Part shown: positions 28,097 to 36,323 of the stretch, in pieces | Position numbering within the stretch: the stretch's first letter is position 1 | Layout of the letters: each line of letters starts with the position of its first letter | Source: Candidatus Aenigmatarchaeota archaeon | GTDB lineage: Archaea > Aenigmatarchaeota > Aenigmatarchaeia > Aenigmatarchaeales > JACQIB01 | DNA: 64,000 nt | NCBI GenBank assembly: GCA_043799675.1 | Contig: JAZDNN010000025.1 | Span: 1 to 64,000, forward strand | Direction: 5' to 3' | Translations under genes and position numbers: made by a program | Notes under the pieces: generated by a model | Databases searched by the model: none | What the model saw: the letters and a program-made list of their open reading frames with translations, nothing else | Told to the model about the DNA's origin: nothing

Positions 28097-28261
28097 CTAG
28101 GGGCCTTCGAAACCGCAGGAGGGGCACTTGTACGGCACGGACTGCAGTCTGCACAGCTTGTCCCTTACCACGACACCCTTTCCGCATGCGGGGCACGGGA
28201 ACTTGACAAAGTCCTCCTGTCCGATGAGGCTCACCCCGCAGCTCATGCATTTCAAAGGCAT
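28097..28261 (-). CDS. small Zn-ribbon protein (DUF1610 / HVO_2753-like)
   Basis: Manual translation MPLKCMSCG...FPCPACG...YKCPSCGFEGP, in its usual position upstream of aEF-1beta. Not in the ORF track. Confidence 0.9.
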   Translation of the reverse strand: MPLKCMSCGVSLIGQEDFVKFPCPACGKGVVVRDKLCRLQSVPYKCPSCGFEGP

Positions 28262-28314
28262 AGAGCGCTTAGTCCGCCCGAGCCTTTTAAAGGTTTGGAC
28301 GTCCCATGAGCGTT

Positions 28315-28453
28315 GGCCTCGTAGTTTAGCTTGGATAGAATATGAGGTTGCGGACCTTAGGACCGGGGTTCGAAAGGCCTTTCTCTTTGAAAAGAGAAAG
28401 AACCTTGGAAAGAGAAACCTTCCTAGGAAACGAAACTCCCCGCGAGGCCACCA
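28315..28453 (+). tRNA. tRNA-Arg(GCG) with a 62-nt intron at 59/60 (28375-28436)
   Basis: GGCCTCG/CGAGGCC plus ACCA; TGAGG-TT-GCG-GA-CCTTA; CGGGG-TTCGAA|T-CCCCG; BHB helix TTCG/CGAA. Confidence 0.9.
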
Positions 28454-28488
28454 TTGCTATTTTAATGGGCTCGTTCAAACCAGTGGAT

Positions 28489-29358
28489 ATGGTCCTTGAA
28501 TACCTTCTCGGCTACGAGATGAACAAGCCGTTGCAGCTCTTCGGAACGGGCGTGTTCTTCAGCAGCATTGCCGTCTTTGTCTCGGCTGCGCTGTTCGCCC
28601 ACTCCCCGAGCATGGTCGTCGTTACTTTCATGACGCTGCCCATGGTCTACATCTGGACCAGCCTGATAGGCAAGCGCTCGGTTCACGAGGCAAGCGGCGA
28701 CACTTTCCGTCATCTGTGGACGGACAACATCGGCATAGCGGAGGATTTCCTCGTACTTTTCCTCGGAATGACGGTGGGGGTTGCCATCTGGTTCAGCGTG
28801 CTGCCGGAGGAGATGCTGTCCAACCTGTTCTCCGAGCAGCTCTGGAACCTCAATTCCATCGGTGTCGCCACCGGTTTTGCCACCACCGCCATGGCCACGA
28901 CCAGCTCTGCCATAAGGCCGGACGTGTTCCTGGTGATAGCGGCCAACAACCTGAAGCTCGTGCTTCTCTCCGCGTTGCTCTCCTTCGTTTTTGCCGCAGG
29001 CGCCTTGTTCATCCTCGCTTGGAACGCCAGCGTTGTCGGGGTCGCCGTGGGCACGATAATAAACAAGCTGCGGGTGGCCGGTGCCATCGCCCCGATCGCG
29101 CTCGGCCAGGGGCTTGGTCTGGGTGTGATATTTTACATTCTTCATCTGGTGCCGGAGGTGGTCGCCTACTTCTACGCCTCCGTTGCCGGGGCGTTCATCA
29201 GCTCGGCGCTGCTGAAGTACAAGCCGATGACCAGGCAGAGCAACCGTCTGCTGGTGATAAGCGCCGCGATGCTCGCGATTTCGGTCGGCATGATAATGAT
29301 CGGCGCCCTGATAGAGGTCGGAATCAGCCATCAGCTCCAGGCCACCCTGCATATCTGA
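28489..29358 (+). CDS. SpoIIM-like membrane protein
   Basis: IAANNLK, ILAWNASVVG, HLVPEVVAY; many TMs. Confidence 0.8.
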   Translation: MVLEYLLGYEMNKPLQLFGTGVFFSSIAVFVSAALFAHSPSMVVVTFMTLPMVYIWTSLIGKRSVHEASGDTFRHLWTDNIGIAEDFLVLFLGMTVGVAIWFSVLPEEMLSNLFSEQLWNLNSIGVATGFATTAMATTSSAIRPDVFLVIAANNLKLVLLSALLSFVFAAGALFILAWNASVVGVAVGTIINKLRVAGAIAPIALGQGLGLGVIFYILHLVPEVVAYFYASVAGAFISSALLKYKPMTRQSNRLLVISAAMLAISVGMIMIGALIEVGISHQLQATLHI

Positions 29359-29413
29359 TACGCTTATATAATTTCAAAAGCATCTGTTAATCCCGAGTAC
29401 CGAAGGGAATGTT

Positions 29414-31012
29414 ATGGAAGAGCCTGCAAAAGACGGGAAGCTGATGTTCAGGACGGCCTCTCTCTGTCCCGAGTGTCTCAAGACCATCCCGATGGACGTG
29501 TTCGAGAAGGACGGCAAGGCCCTTTTGAGGAAGACCTGCCCTGAGCACGGGACCGTCGAGGACGTTTATTGGGGCGATGCGGCCATGCTCGAAAGGACCC
29601 GGAAGTGGGCGCATGACGGCAAGGGGACAGAGAATCCGAACACCAAGGGCGTTGTCTGCCCGCGGGATTGCGGCCTCTGCCCGATGCACAAGTCTCAAAC
29701 CGCCCTGGGAAACATAGTGGTCACGAGCAGGTGCAATCTGAACTGCTGGTACTGTTTCTTCAGCTATGAGAACCTGGTCAAGCTGGGTTATGTTTACGAG
29801 CCCACCCTCGATCAGATACGGGCGATGCTCAGGAGCATGAAGCAGGAAAAGCCCGTCGCCTGCAAGGCGGTCCAGATAACCGGCGGAGAGCCCTGCATGC
29901 GCGACGACATTGTGGACATAATCGACATTGCCAAGGAGGAGGGCTACGACCACGTCCAGCTGAACATCAACGGAATAAAACTTTCACAGGACCCCACGTT
30001 CGCAACCAGTATCAGGAAGGCCGGTGTGAATACCATTTACCTTTCCTTTGACGGCACCACCCCGAAGACCAATCCGAAGAACCACTGGGAGATTCCGCAG
30101 GCCCTTGACAACTGCCGGAAGTCAGGCGTCGGCGTGGTGCTGGTCCCGACCGTGATAAACACTGTCAATGACGGCGACCTGGGAAACATATTGCGCTTCG
30201 GCGTGAAGAACATGGACATCATCCGCGCGGTCAATTACCAGCCCGTCAGCTTTGTGGGCAGGATAAACGATGCCGAACGGAAGAAACTGAGGATAACCAT
30301 TCCGGATGCCATTCACAGGATTGCGGAGCAGACCGACAACGCGGTCGCCCCGGAGGACTGGTACCCGGTCCCGACCGTGACCGGCATAACCCATTTCATC
30401 GAGGCGATGAGCGGCCAGCCCCGTTATGAACTTACTGCCCACCATGCCTGCGGCATGGCGACCTACCTGTTCGTTGACAACGGGAAGATTGTTCCCATCC
30501 CACGCTTCGTTGACGTTGACGGCCTGATGGAATACCTGAACGGCAGCGCGGACGAGATAAAATCCGGAAAGAGCAAGGCGGTTGCCGCCGTCAAGCTCGT
30601 ATCGAACATCGGGAAGTTCATCGACAAGGAGAAGCAGCCGAAGGGTCTGGACATCTTCAAGCTCCTCTCAGGCGTGCTGGTGAAGGGCAGCTACCGCGCG
30701 CTCGGCGAGCTCCAGCACAAGAGCCTCATGCTCGGCATGATGCACTTCCAGGATCTTTACAATTATGACATAGAGCGTGTCAAGAGGTGCTGCATCCACT
30801 ATGCCGTGCCTGACGGAAGGATACTGCCCTTCTGCACGTTCAACGTGATACCGGAGTGGTACAGGGACAAGGTCCAGAAGCAGTTCTCCGTTCCGATAGA
30901 GCAGTGGCAGAAGTCCACGGGAAGGAGCATACAGCAGGACATCTACCGGCGCGACACCAGGGCGCTGGAAGCCAACCCTCTTTACAGGAAGACCTACGAA
31001 GGGTTCGTTTGA
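29414..31012 (+). CDS. tes: tetraether lipid synthase-like radical SAM enzyme (Tes / MJ0619 family)
   Basis: SLCPEC...CPEHG, CPRDCGLCPMH, CNLNCWYC, HHACG, MMHFQDLYNYDIERVKRCCIHY...PFCTFN. Confidence 0.85.
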   Translation: MEEPAKDGKLMFRTASLCPECLKTIPMDVFEKDGKALLRKTCPEHGTVEDVYWGDAAMLERTRKWAHDGKGTENPNTKGVVCPRDCGLCPMHKSQTALGNIVVTSRCNLNCWYCFFSYENLVKLGYVYEPTLDQIRAMLRSMKQEKPVACKAVQITGGEPCMRDDIVDIIDIAKEEGYDHVQLNINGIKLSQDPTFATSIRKAGVNTIYLSFDGTTPKTNPKNHWEIPQALDNCRKSGVGVVLVPTVINTVNDGDLGNILRFGVKNMDIIRAVNYQPVSFVGRINDAERKKLRITIPDAIHRIAEQTDNAVAPEDWYPVPTVTGITHFIEAMSGQPRYELTAHHACGMATYLFVDNGKIVPIPRFVDVDGLMEYLNGSADEIKSGKSKAVAAVKLVSNIGKFIDKEKQPKGLDIFKLLSGVLVKGSYRALGELQHKSLMLGMMHFQDLYNYDIERVKRCCIHYAVPDGRILPFCTFNVIPEWYRDKVQKQFSVPIEQWQKSTGRSIQQDIYRRDTRALEANPLYRKTYEGFV

Positions 31013-31042
31013 TTTTTATTCTGCTGTGCCCATTGGCTTTTC

Positions 31043-32080
31043 ATGGGAGTCCCGCTCGCAAGCCTGATTAAGGGCACACCGATGATGCTTGAGGAAATGA
31101 AGGGCAAACGGATAGCCATAGACGCGTTCAACACCCTCTACCAGTTCCTGACCGTCATCAGGGACAGGATGACCGGTCTGCCTTTAATGGACAGCAAGGG
31201 GCGCGTTACATCCCATCTTAGCGGTCTTCTCTACAGGACAACAAACCTGCTTGAAGCAGGCATCAGGCCGATTTACGTTTTCGACGGCAGGCCTCCCGCC
31301 TGGAAGCATGCCACTCTGGCTGAGAGGCACGAGACACGCAAAGCAGCAGGGGAGGCTTGGAAGGAACTGAGCGAAGCCGGCGCGCCCTCGGAGGAAATCC
31401 TGAAGGCTGCGAAAATGAGCACAAGGCTTAACGACGAAATGATCAGGCACGGCCAGGAAATGCTTGCCCTGATGGGCATCCCGTGTATCCAGGCTCCGAG
31501 CGAGGGCGAGGCCCAGGCCGCCTGGATGTGCTCCGAAGGGCTGGTCTGGTCGGTGGCCAGTCAGGACTGGGATTCCATCCTGTTCGGCAGCCCGAGGCTC
31601 GTACGAAATCTGACGATTGCGGGGAAGAGAAAGATTGCATCGACCGGAGCAGTGCATGACGTTGTTCCGGAACTCATCGAACTGAAAAAGGTTCTTCCTG
31701 CTTTGGAGCTGACCCGCGAGCAGTTGGTGGCGAAGGCGATGCTCATCGGCACTGACTTCAATCCGGGCGGAATAAGGGGAATCGGTCCGAAGGGCGCGCT
31801 CAAGATTGTGAAGGAGGAAAAGACCCTTGAGAGGATTCTGGCAAAGGCCGAGGAGAAGAGCAAATGGAACGGTCCCGCCCCCGATGAACTGATGGATTTT
31901 TTCCTCAACCCCCCGCACGAAAAGAACCTGAAGCTCGAGCCTTCCGTTCTGCAGTCCGGCAAGCTCAGGAAGATGCTGGTTGATGATTTTGAGTTCGGCG
32001 CAGAGCGGATTGACAAGGCGATCACGACCCTGGAAAAGCTCCAGCCCAGGGTTGATGGTTTGGGGAAGTGGGTCAAATGA
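31043..32080 (+). CDS. fen: flap endonuclease 1
   Basis: IAIDAFNTLYQFL, YVFDG, APSEGEAQAA, SQDWD, GTDFNPGGIRGIGPK. Confidence 0.97.
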   Translation: MGVPLASLIKGTPMMLEEMKGKRIAIDAFNTLYQFLTVIRDRMTGLPLMDSKGRVTSHLSGLLYRTTNLLEAGIRPIYVFDGRPPAWKHATLAERHETRKAAGEAWKELSEAGAPSEEILKAAKMSTRLNDEMIRHGQEMLALMGIPCIQAPSEGEAQAAWMCSEGLVWSVASQDWDSILFGSPRLVRNLTIAGKRKIASTGAVHDVVPELIELKKVLPALELTREQLVAKAMLIGTDFNPGGIRGIGPKGALKIVKEEKTLERILAKAEEKSKWNGPAPDELMDFFLNPPHEKNLKLEPSVLQSGKLRKMLVDDFEFGAERIDKAITTLEKLQPRVDGLGKWVK

Positions 32081-33207
32081 ACCTGACAGAAGCACCTGAG
32101 TTCTCGGATCTTGTGACTTTCGACCTCAATCGGAAGGAACGGATTCACAACTGGTGGTGGTACAAGGAAGGCTTCTCAAGGGCTTTGGTCGACAGGCTGC
32201 TGGATAAGATGCATGTCGGAAACGAAAGCCTGGTTCTAGACCCTTTCTGCGGCTCGGGCACCACTTTGCTTTCATGCAGGCAACGGGGGATCGCAAGCGT
32301 GGGCTTCGAGCTGAATCCGCTGCCCGTTTTTGTCAGTAAAGTCAAGACCAGGGATTATGATTTGGAGATACTTTCAAAATTCGTGAAGGAAGCAAGAGCA
32401 TGGAAGTTCGAGAAGCCGAAGGAAATTCCAAAGAATGAGTTTTACAGGAAGGCATTCAGCAAGTATGCGCTCCAGGACATCTTCTGGCTGAAGGGCATGA
32501 TAAGCTCTGTCAGGGAAGAGTCGGCCCGCGAGTTCCTCTACCTTGCTTTGATTGATGCCGCAATGAAGGGCAGCTGGACGGTGAAGCAGGGCTCGGTGGT
32601 CAAGACGAGGAAGAGGCAGGTGGCCCCCGTGGGGAAGCTGTTCAAATCCTCCATAAAAGGCTGGTTGAAGGACCTGAAGAAAGCAAATCTTCCGGTTGTC
32701 TCAGCCGGCGTCTACGAGGGCGACGCGCGCAGGCTGCCTCTCGGCAGCGGCTCGATTGATGCGATAATCACCAGTCCCCCTTACCTGAACAAGCCCGAGT
32801 GGCAGTCCGAATTCAGGGTCGAGCTCAACCTGTTCTTCGGCCTTCCCCCGACTTGGCGCCCGCAGGCAGTGGCAAGGGAAAAGACGGCGGATGACAGGCT
32901 CAGGAAAGCAATCGACGGTTTCGACTCTATGCCTGAAGCTGCCAAGGATTATTTCAATGTCATGATCGATGCCCTCGGCGAGATGCACCGCGTGCTCAAG
33001 CAGGGAGGCAAGGCCGCGGTGATTATTGGCGGCGGTTGCTTTCCCGATATGGTCGTTGAGAATGACGTCTGCTGTGCAAATCTTGCGGAGGTTGTCGGTC
33101 TTTCTGTCAAAGAGATTCTGGTTGCTCGCAGGCTTTGCTGCACCAGGGACAGGACAATCAAGATCGGTCAGGTCCGCGAAAGTATTCTCATGCTGGAGAA
33201 GCAGTAA
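32077..33207 (+). CDS. DNA amino-methyltransferase (N4-C/N6-A), apparently orphan
   Basis: HNWWWYKEGFS, LDPFCGSGTT, ITSPPY. Confidence 0.85.
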   Translation: MNLTEAPEFSDLVTFDLNRKERIHNWWWYKEGFSRALVDRLLDKMHVGNESLVLDPFCGSGTTLLSCRQRGIASVGFELNPLPVFVSKVKTRDYDLEILSKFVKEARAWKFEKPKEIPKNEFYRKAFSKYALQDIFWLKGMISSVREESAREFLYLALIDAAMKGSWTVKQGSVVKTRKRQVAPVGKLFKSSIKGWLKDLKKANLPVVSAGVYEGDARRLPLGSGSIDAIITSPPYLNKPEWQSEFRVELNLFFGLPPTWRPQAVAREKTADDRLRKAIDGFDSMPEAAKDYFNVMIDALGEMHRVLKQGGKAAVIIGGGCFPDMVVENDVCCANLAEVVGLSVKEILVARRLCCTRDRTIKIGQVRESILMLEKQ

Positions 33208-33589
33208 GGTGTTCCTTGCCGAGCCTGTATTGGGGCTTTTCACATATCGTTCCGAACATGGCTTTCTCGTTCCATTCCCCGGTCGAGACGCCCCTCAGGA
33301 ACATGTAGATGTGTGCGTTCCCCGATTCCACGACCTTGTATTTCAAGCTCGCTCCGGTGAATCCGCATCCGTTTTCCTGTGACTGCCCATTCTTGTACAC
33401 AACGTAGGTGTCCAGAATGAACTCCCTCATCCCGTTGTAATCGCCCGGACTGATGCGTCCGAGGACCTCGACAACGTTCTCCGGTCCGATATTTTCCGTA
33501 CGAATTATGTTCAGCGCTGCGTGCCTGATGAAGTCCAGCGCGTTGGCGTGCGCATAGCGGATTCCCAGCGGTCTGTGCCCATTTTGCAT
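33188..33589 (-). CDS. hypothetical protein
   Basis: ORF only. Confidence 0.45.
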   Translation of the reverse strand: MQNGHRPLGIRYAHANALDFIRHAALNIIRTENIGPENVVEVLGRISPGDYNGMREFILDTYVVYKNGQSQENGCGFTGASLKYKVVESGNAHIYMFLRGVSTGEWNEKAMFGTICEKPQYRLGKEHLTASPA

Positions 33590-33629
33590 GCAATCCTATG
33601 CGATGAAAAAGGACTTAAGCTTTGTTTTT

Positions 33630-33986
33630 CTAGAGTTCGTCGTGCTTCTTCCATGAGCCGCTTGCCCTGACCTTGTCGGCGGGGTATTTCCGTTCCATCT
33701 CTTCCACTTTCTTCCAGGCGGCTGAAATAAGGTCGATGTCGTTTATCGTCGCAAACTTGATGCAGCTCAGGAAAACATCGGCCAGCTCCTCCTCTATCCG
33801 TTCCTTCTTCTCCTTCATGTGCTGTGGCAGGTCCTTCTCGAGCTTCCACTGGAACAGCTCGAGCAGTTCGCCGGCTTCCACAGCTATGTCCATCGCCTGC
33901 TGCGTCGGGTTGTCGAACCGTTCCCAGCCCCTTTCCCTGATAACTTTTGCCATCCGCTCAGAAAGTTCCTTCACGCTGTCGCTCAT
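33630..33986 (-). CDS. MazG-like dNTP pyrophosphohydrolase (DCTPP1/RS21-C6 type)
   Basis: ERGWERF, VEAGELLELFQW, EEELADV, KYP. Confidence 0.9.
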   Translation of the reverse strand: MSDSVKELSERMAKVIRERGWERFDNPTQQAMDIAVEAGELLELFQWKLEKDLPQHMKEKKERIEEELADVFLSCIKFATINDIDLISAAWKKVEEMERKYPADKVRASGSWKKHDEL

Positions 33987-34255
33987 ACGTAGTTGCACCT
34001 GACAATTATCTTCTGCGAGGCATGCTTGTCGAATGAGCCGTATTTTTCTGCAGCCTCGGGAGACCTTGCCTGGAGCTCCTGCAGGACCATCTTCCGTATC
34101 AGCCTGGTGGGCATCCCTTCCATTACCTGCCTCTCGACTTCTGCGGCAATTTCCCTTGCGGTCCCTTCAGCGACCCCGGCTTTCACGCAGCTTTTGAAAA
34201 CCTTCTGCGGGTCGAACGCCTCGAAAATCTTGTCCTTCTTAACGACCTTTGGCAT
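33983..34255 (-). CDS. stand-alone ATP-cone protein
   Basis: VVKKD...EAFDPQKVFKSCVKAG...TRLIRKMV. Confidence 0.8.
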   Translation of the reverse strand: MPKVVKKDKIFEAFDPQKVFKSCVKAGVAEGTAREIAAEVERQVMEGMPTRLIRKMVLQELQARSPEAAEKYGSFDKHASQKIIVRCNYV

Positions 34256-34290
34256 GCCACCACAATAATAATTCCGACATAAATGCGTAT

Positions 34291-34539
34291 CTACGGTCCC
34301 TGCATCTGCTTCTTGTACATCATGTATGCGCCGGCAGCCTTCCGGTTCCTTTTCTGCAGCAGCCGCGTTATCTCCTTTCTGATGTCCCTGGTCTTCATCC
34401 CTTCCTTCAGCTTCCTCTCTATCTGTTCTGAAATCTCCCGCGCGGTCTCCTCGTCCGCCCCCGCTTTCCTGATAGAAACAACTATCTTGACCCGCTGGAA
34501 CTGTTCCTTCTTCCCGTTCCTCTTCTCGACGCTGAGCAT
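34291..34539 (-). CDS. stand-alone ATP-cone protein
   Basis: VEKRNGKKEQFQRVKIVVSIRKAG...TRDIR...AYMMY. Confidence 0.85.
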   Translation of the reverse strand: MLSVEKRNGKKEQFQRVKIVVSIRKAGADEETAREISEQIERKLKEGMKTRDIRKEITRLLQKRNRKAAGAYMMYKKQMQGP

Positions 34540-34543
34540 GTTC

Positions 34544-35221
34544 TCAGTCAGGCCGTCCCGACTTAAATCCGTATCTTCCGATGAGCGGGACGAACGCGAA
34601 TTTGCCGGCGGTCTTCCTGTCAACCACCCCGGGCCTCGGTTTCATCACGATGAGCATCTCCTGCCTGTACAGGTCCCCGACCGGTATGACCATCCTTCCT
34701 CCGACCTTCAACTGCTCGAACAGCGGCTGCGGTATCTCCGGAGCGGCGGCGGTCACGATGATGCGATCGAACGGCATGTGCTCCTTCAGGCCCTCGCTTC
34801 CGTCGCCGACCTTCACATGGACGTTGCCTATATTGGCGTTCTGCAGGTTCAGTTTTGCGGTCTCGGCCAGCTCGCTCAACCTTTCGATGCTGAACACCTT
34901 GCCCCCGCTGCCTACCAGCTTTGCAATTATTCCCGCCTGCCAGCCGCTGCCCGTACCTATCTCCAGCACCTTCATCCCCGGCTGGACATCAAGCATTTCG
35001 GTCATGCAGACCACCGTGCTTGGCTGGCTTATTGTCTGCCCCTCACCGATGTCCACCGGCGCGTCCGAATAGGCCCGTTGGATCGCATTGCGCGGCACGA
35101 ACATCCAGCGCGGGACCGCCTGGATGGCCCTTTCGATTGCCGGGCTCTTCAGGTAGCCCTTCGTCTTCATCCCGTGAATCAGTTCTTCCGTTTCCTTGTC
35201 GACCCATTCCTGCAGGACCAT
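34544..35221 (-). CDS. pcm: protein-L-isoaspartate O-methyltransferase
   Basis: GQTISQP, VLEIGTGSGW, PFDRIIVTAA, FVPLIG. Confidence 0.95.
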   Translation of the reverse strand: MVLQEWVDKETEELIHGMKTKGYLKSPAIERAIQAVPRWMFVPRNAIQRAYSDAPVDIGEGQTISQPSTVVCMTEMLDVQPGMKVLEIGTGSGWQAGIIAKLVGSGGKVFSIERLSELAETAKLNLQNANIGNVHVKVGDGSEGLKEHMPFDRIIVTAAAPEIPQPLFEQLKVGGRMVIPVGDLYRQEMLIVMKPRPGVVDRKTAGKFAFVPLIGRYGFKSGRPD

Positions 35222-35252
35222 ATTTATCAACAGGCTCGGTCTTACTTAAAAC

Positions 35253-36083
35253 ATGCCTGAGCACGAGACCCTGGAGACCCTTATCGGCAGGATACGGAGC
35301 CTCGATATTCAGGGTGCGAAGGAGATAGCCGTCGAGAGCCTGAAGTGGCTGAAACCGTTTGTCAGGGACAACGGCTTCGGAAAGGAATTCTTGAAGGTGG
35401 TCGGTGAGCTGGACGCCTCAAGGCCCACCGCTGTTGTCCTTCACAACTGCCTGGAAATCCTGAAGGAGGAAAAGAACATCAACACCATTGACCGGCTCCT
35501 GGATAATCTGGCGAACGCAAGCGGCAAGATAGGCTCCCATGGCGCGAGGCTGATACCTTCCGGTGCCACCGTGATGACCCACTGCCACAGCGGGGAAGCT
35601 TTGAGTATCATCAAACATTCTTTCGCTCAGGGAAACAGGCTGAACGTGATTGCCACTGAGACCGAGCCCAAGCATCAGGGGTTCAAGACTGCAAAGGACA
35701 TGGCCTGCGCCGGCATTCCGGTGACATTGATAACCGACTCCTCAATAGCCTTTTTCATGAAGGACGTTGACATTGTGATTGTGGGCTCCGATGCGATGCG
35801 GAGGGAAGGCAACGTGAACAAGATAGGGACGCTGATGATGGCGATGGTCGCGAGGGATTTGAAGAAGCCTTTCTATGTTGCGGGCGACACCCTCAAGCTT
35901 GACAGGAGAAAAAATCTGGTGATTGAGGAGAGGCCGCTGCACGAGCTTTACCATGGGCTCCGCTGCATCAAGGGCGCCCATGCGAGGAATCCCGCGTTCG
36001 ATGTCACCCCGTGGGGCTATGTGAAAAGGATTATAACCGAGAAGGGTGTGATGACCGCAAGCAATCTTGCGAGGTTGTTGTGA
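35253..36083 (+). CDS. ribose-1,5-bisphosphate isomerase (eIF2B-like)
   Basis: IQGA, RPT, MTHCHS (catalytic Cys), VGSD, NKIGT, NPAFDVTP; same operon as RuBisCO. Confidence 0.85.
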   Translation: MPEHETLETLIGRIRSLDIQGAKEIAVESLKWLKPFVRDNGFGKEFLKVVGELDASRPTAVVLHNCLEILKEEKNINTIDRLLDNLANASGKIGSHGARLIPSGATVMTHCHSGEALSIIKHSFAQGNRLNVIATETEPKHQGFKTAKDMACAGIPVTLITDSSIAFFMKDVDIVIVGSDAMRREGNVNKIGTLMMAMVARDLKKPFYVAGDTLKLDRRKNLVIEERPLHELYHGLRCIKGAHARNPAFDVTPWGYVKRIITEKGVMTASNLARLL

Positions 36084-36322
36084 TGAACCAGCAGGAAATA
36101 GTGGCCGAATTCGAGAAGAAGATGGGCTGGACAAAGACCGAGGTCAAGACAGTCCTGGAATTCCTGAAAGAGGATGCCTCTTTGCTTGACGAGAAGAACC
36201 TGAAGCACAAGCTGGTAGACATATATTTCCAGGTCATCCAATTGGCGAACCGCCTGAAACTCGACCTTGGTGTGGAACTGAAGAGTCACATGAAGGGTGC
36301 AGAGAAGAAGTACGGGAAGTGA
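36083..36322 (+). CDS. small degenerate MazG-like protein
   Basis: KLVDIYFQVIQLANRLKLDL...KKY resembles the MazG C-terminal half; coupled to both neighbours. Confidence 0.6.
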   Translation: MNQQEIVAEFEKKMGWTKTEVKTVLEFLKEDASLLDEKNLKHKLVDIYFQVIQLANRLKLDLGVELKSHMKGAEKKYGK

Positions 36323-36323
36323 C

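Noticed and set aside
28342..28488. N-terminal extension of the SpoIIM-like ORF
   Set aside because: It overlaps tRNA-Arg and its intron; a downstream ATG start is more plausible.
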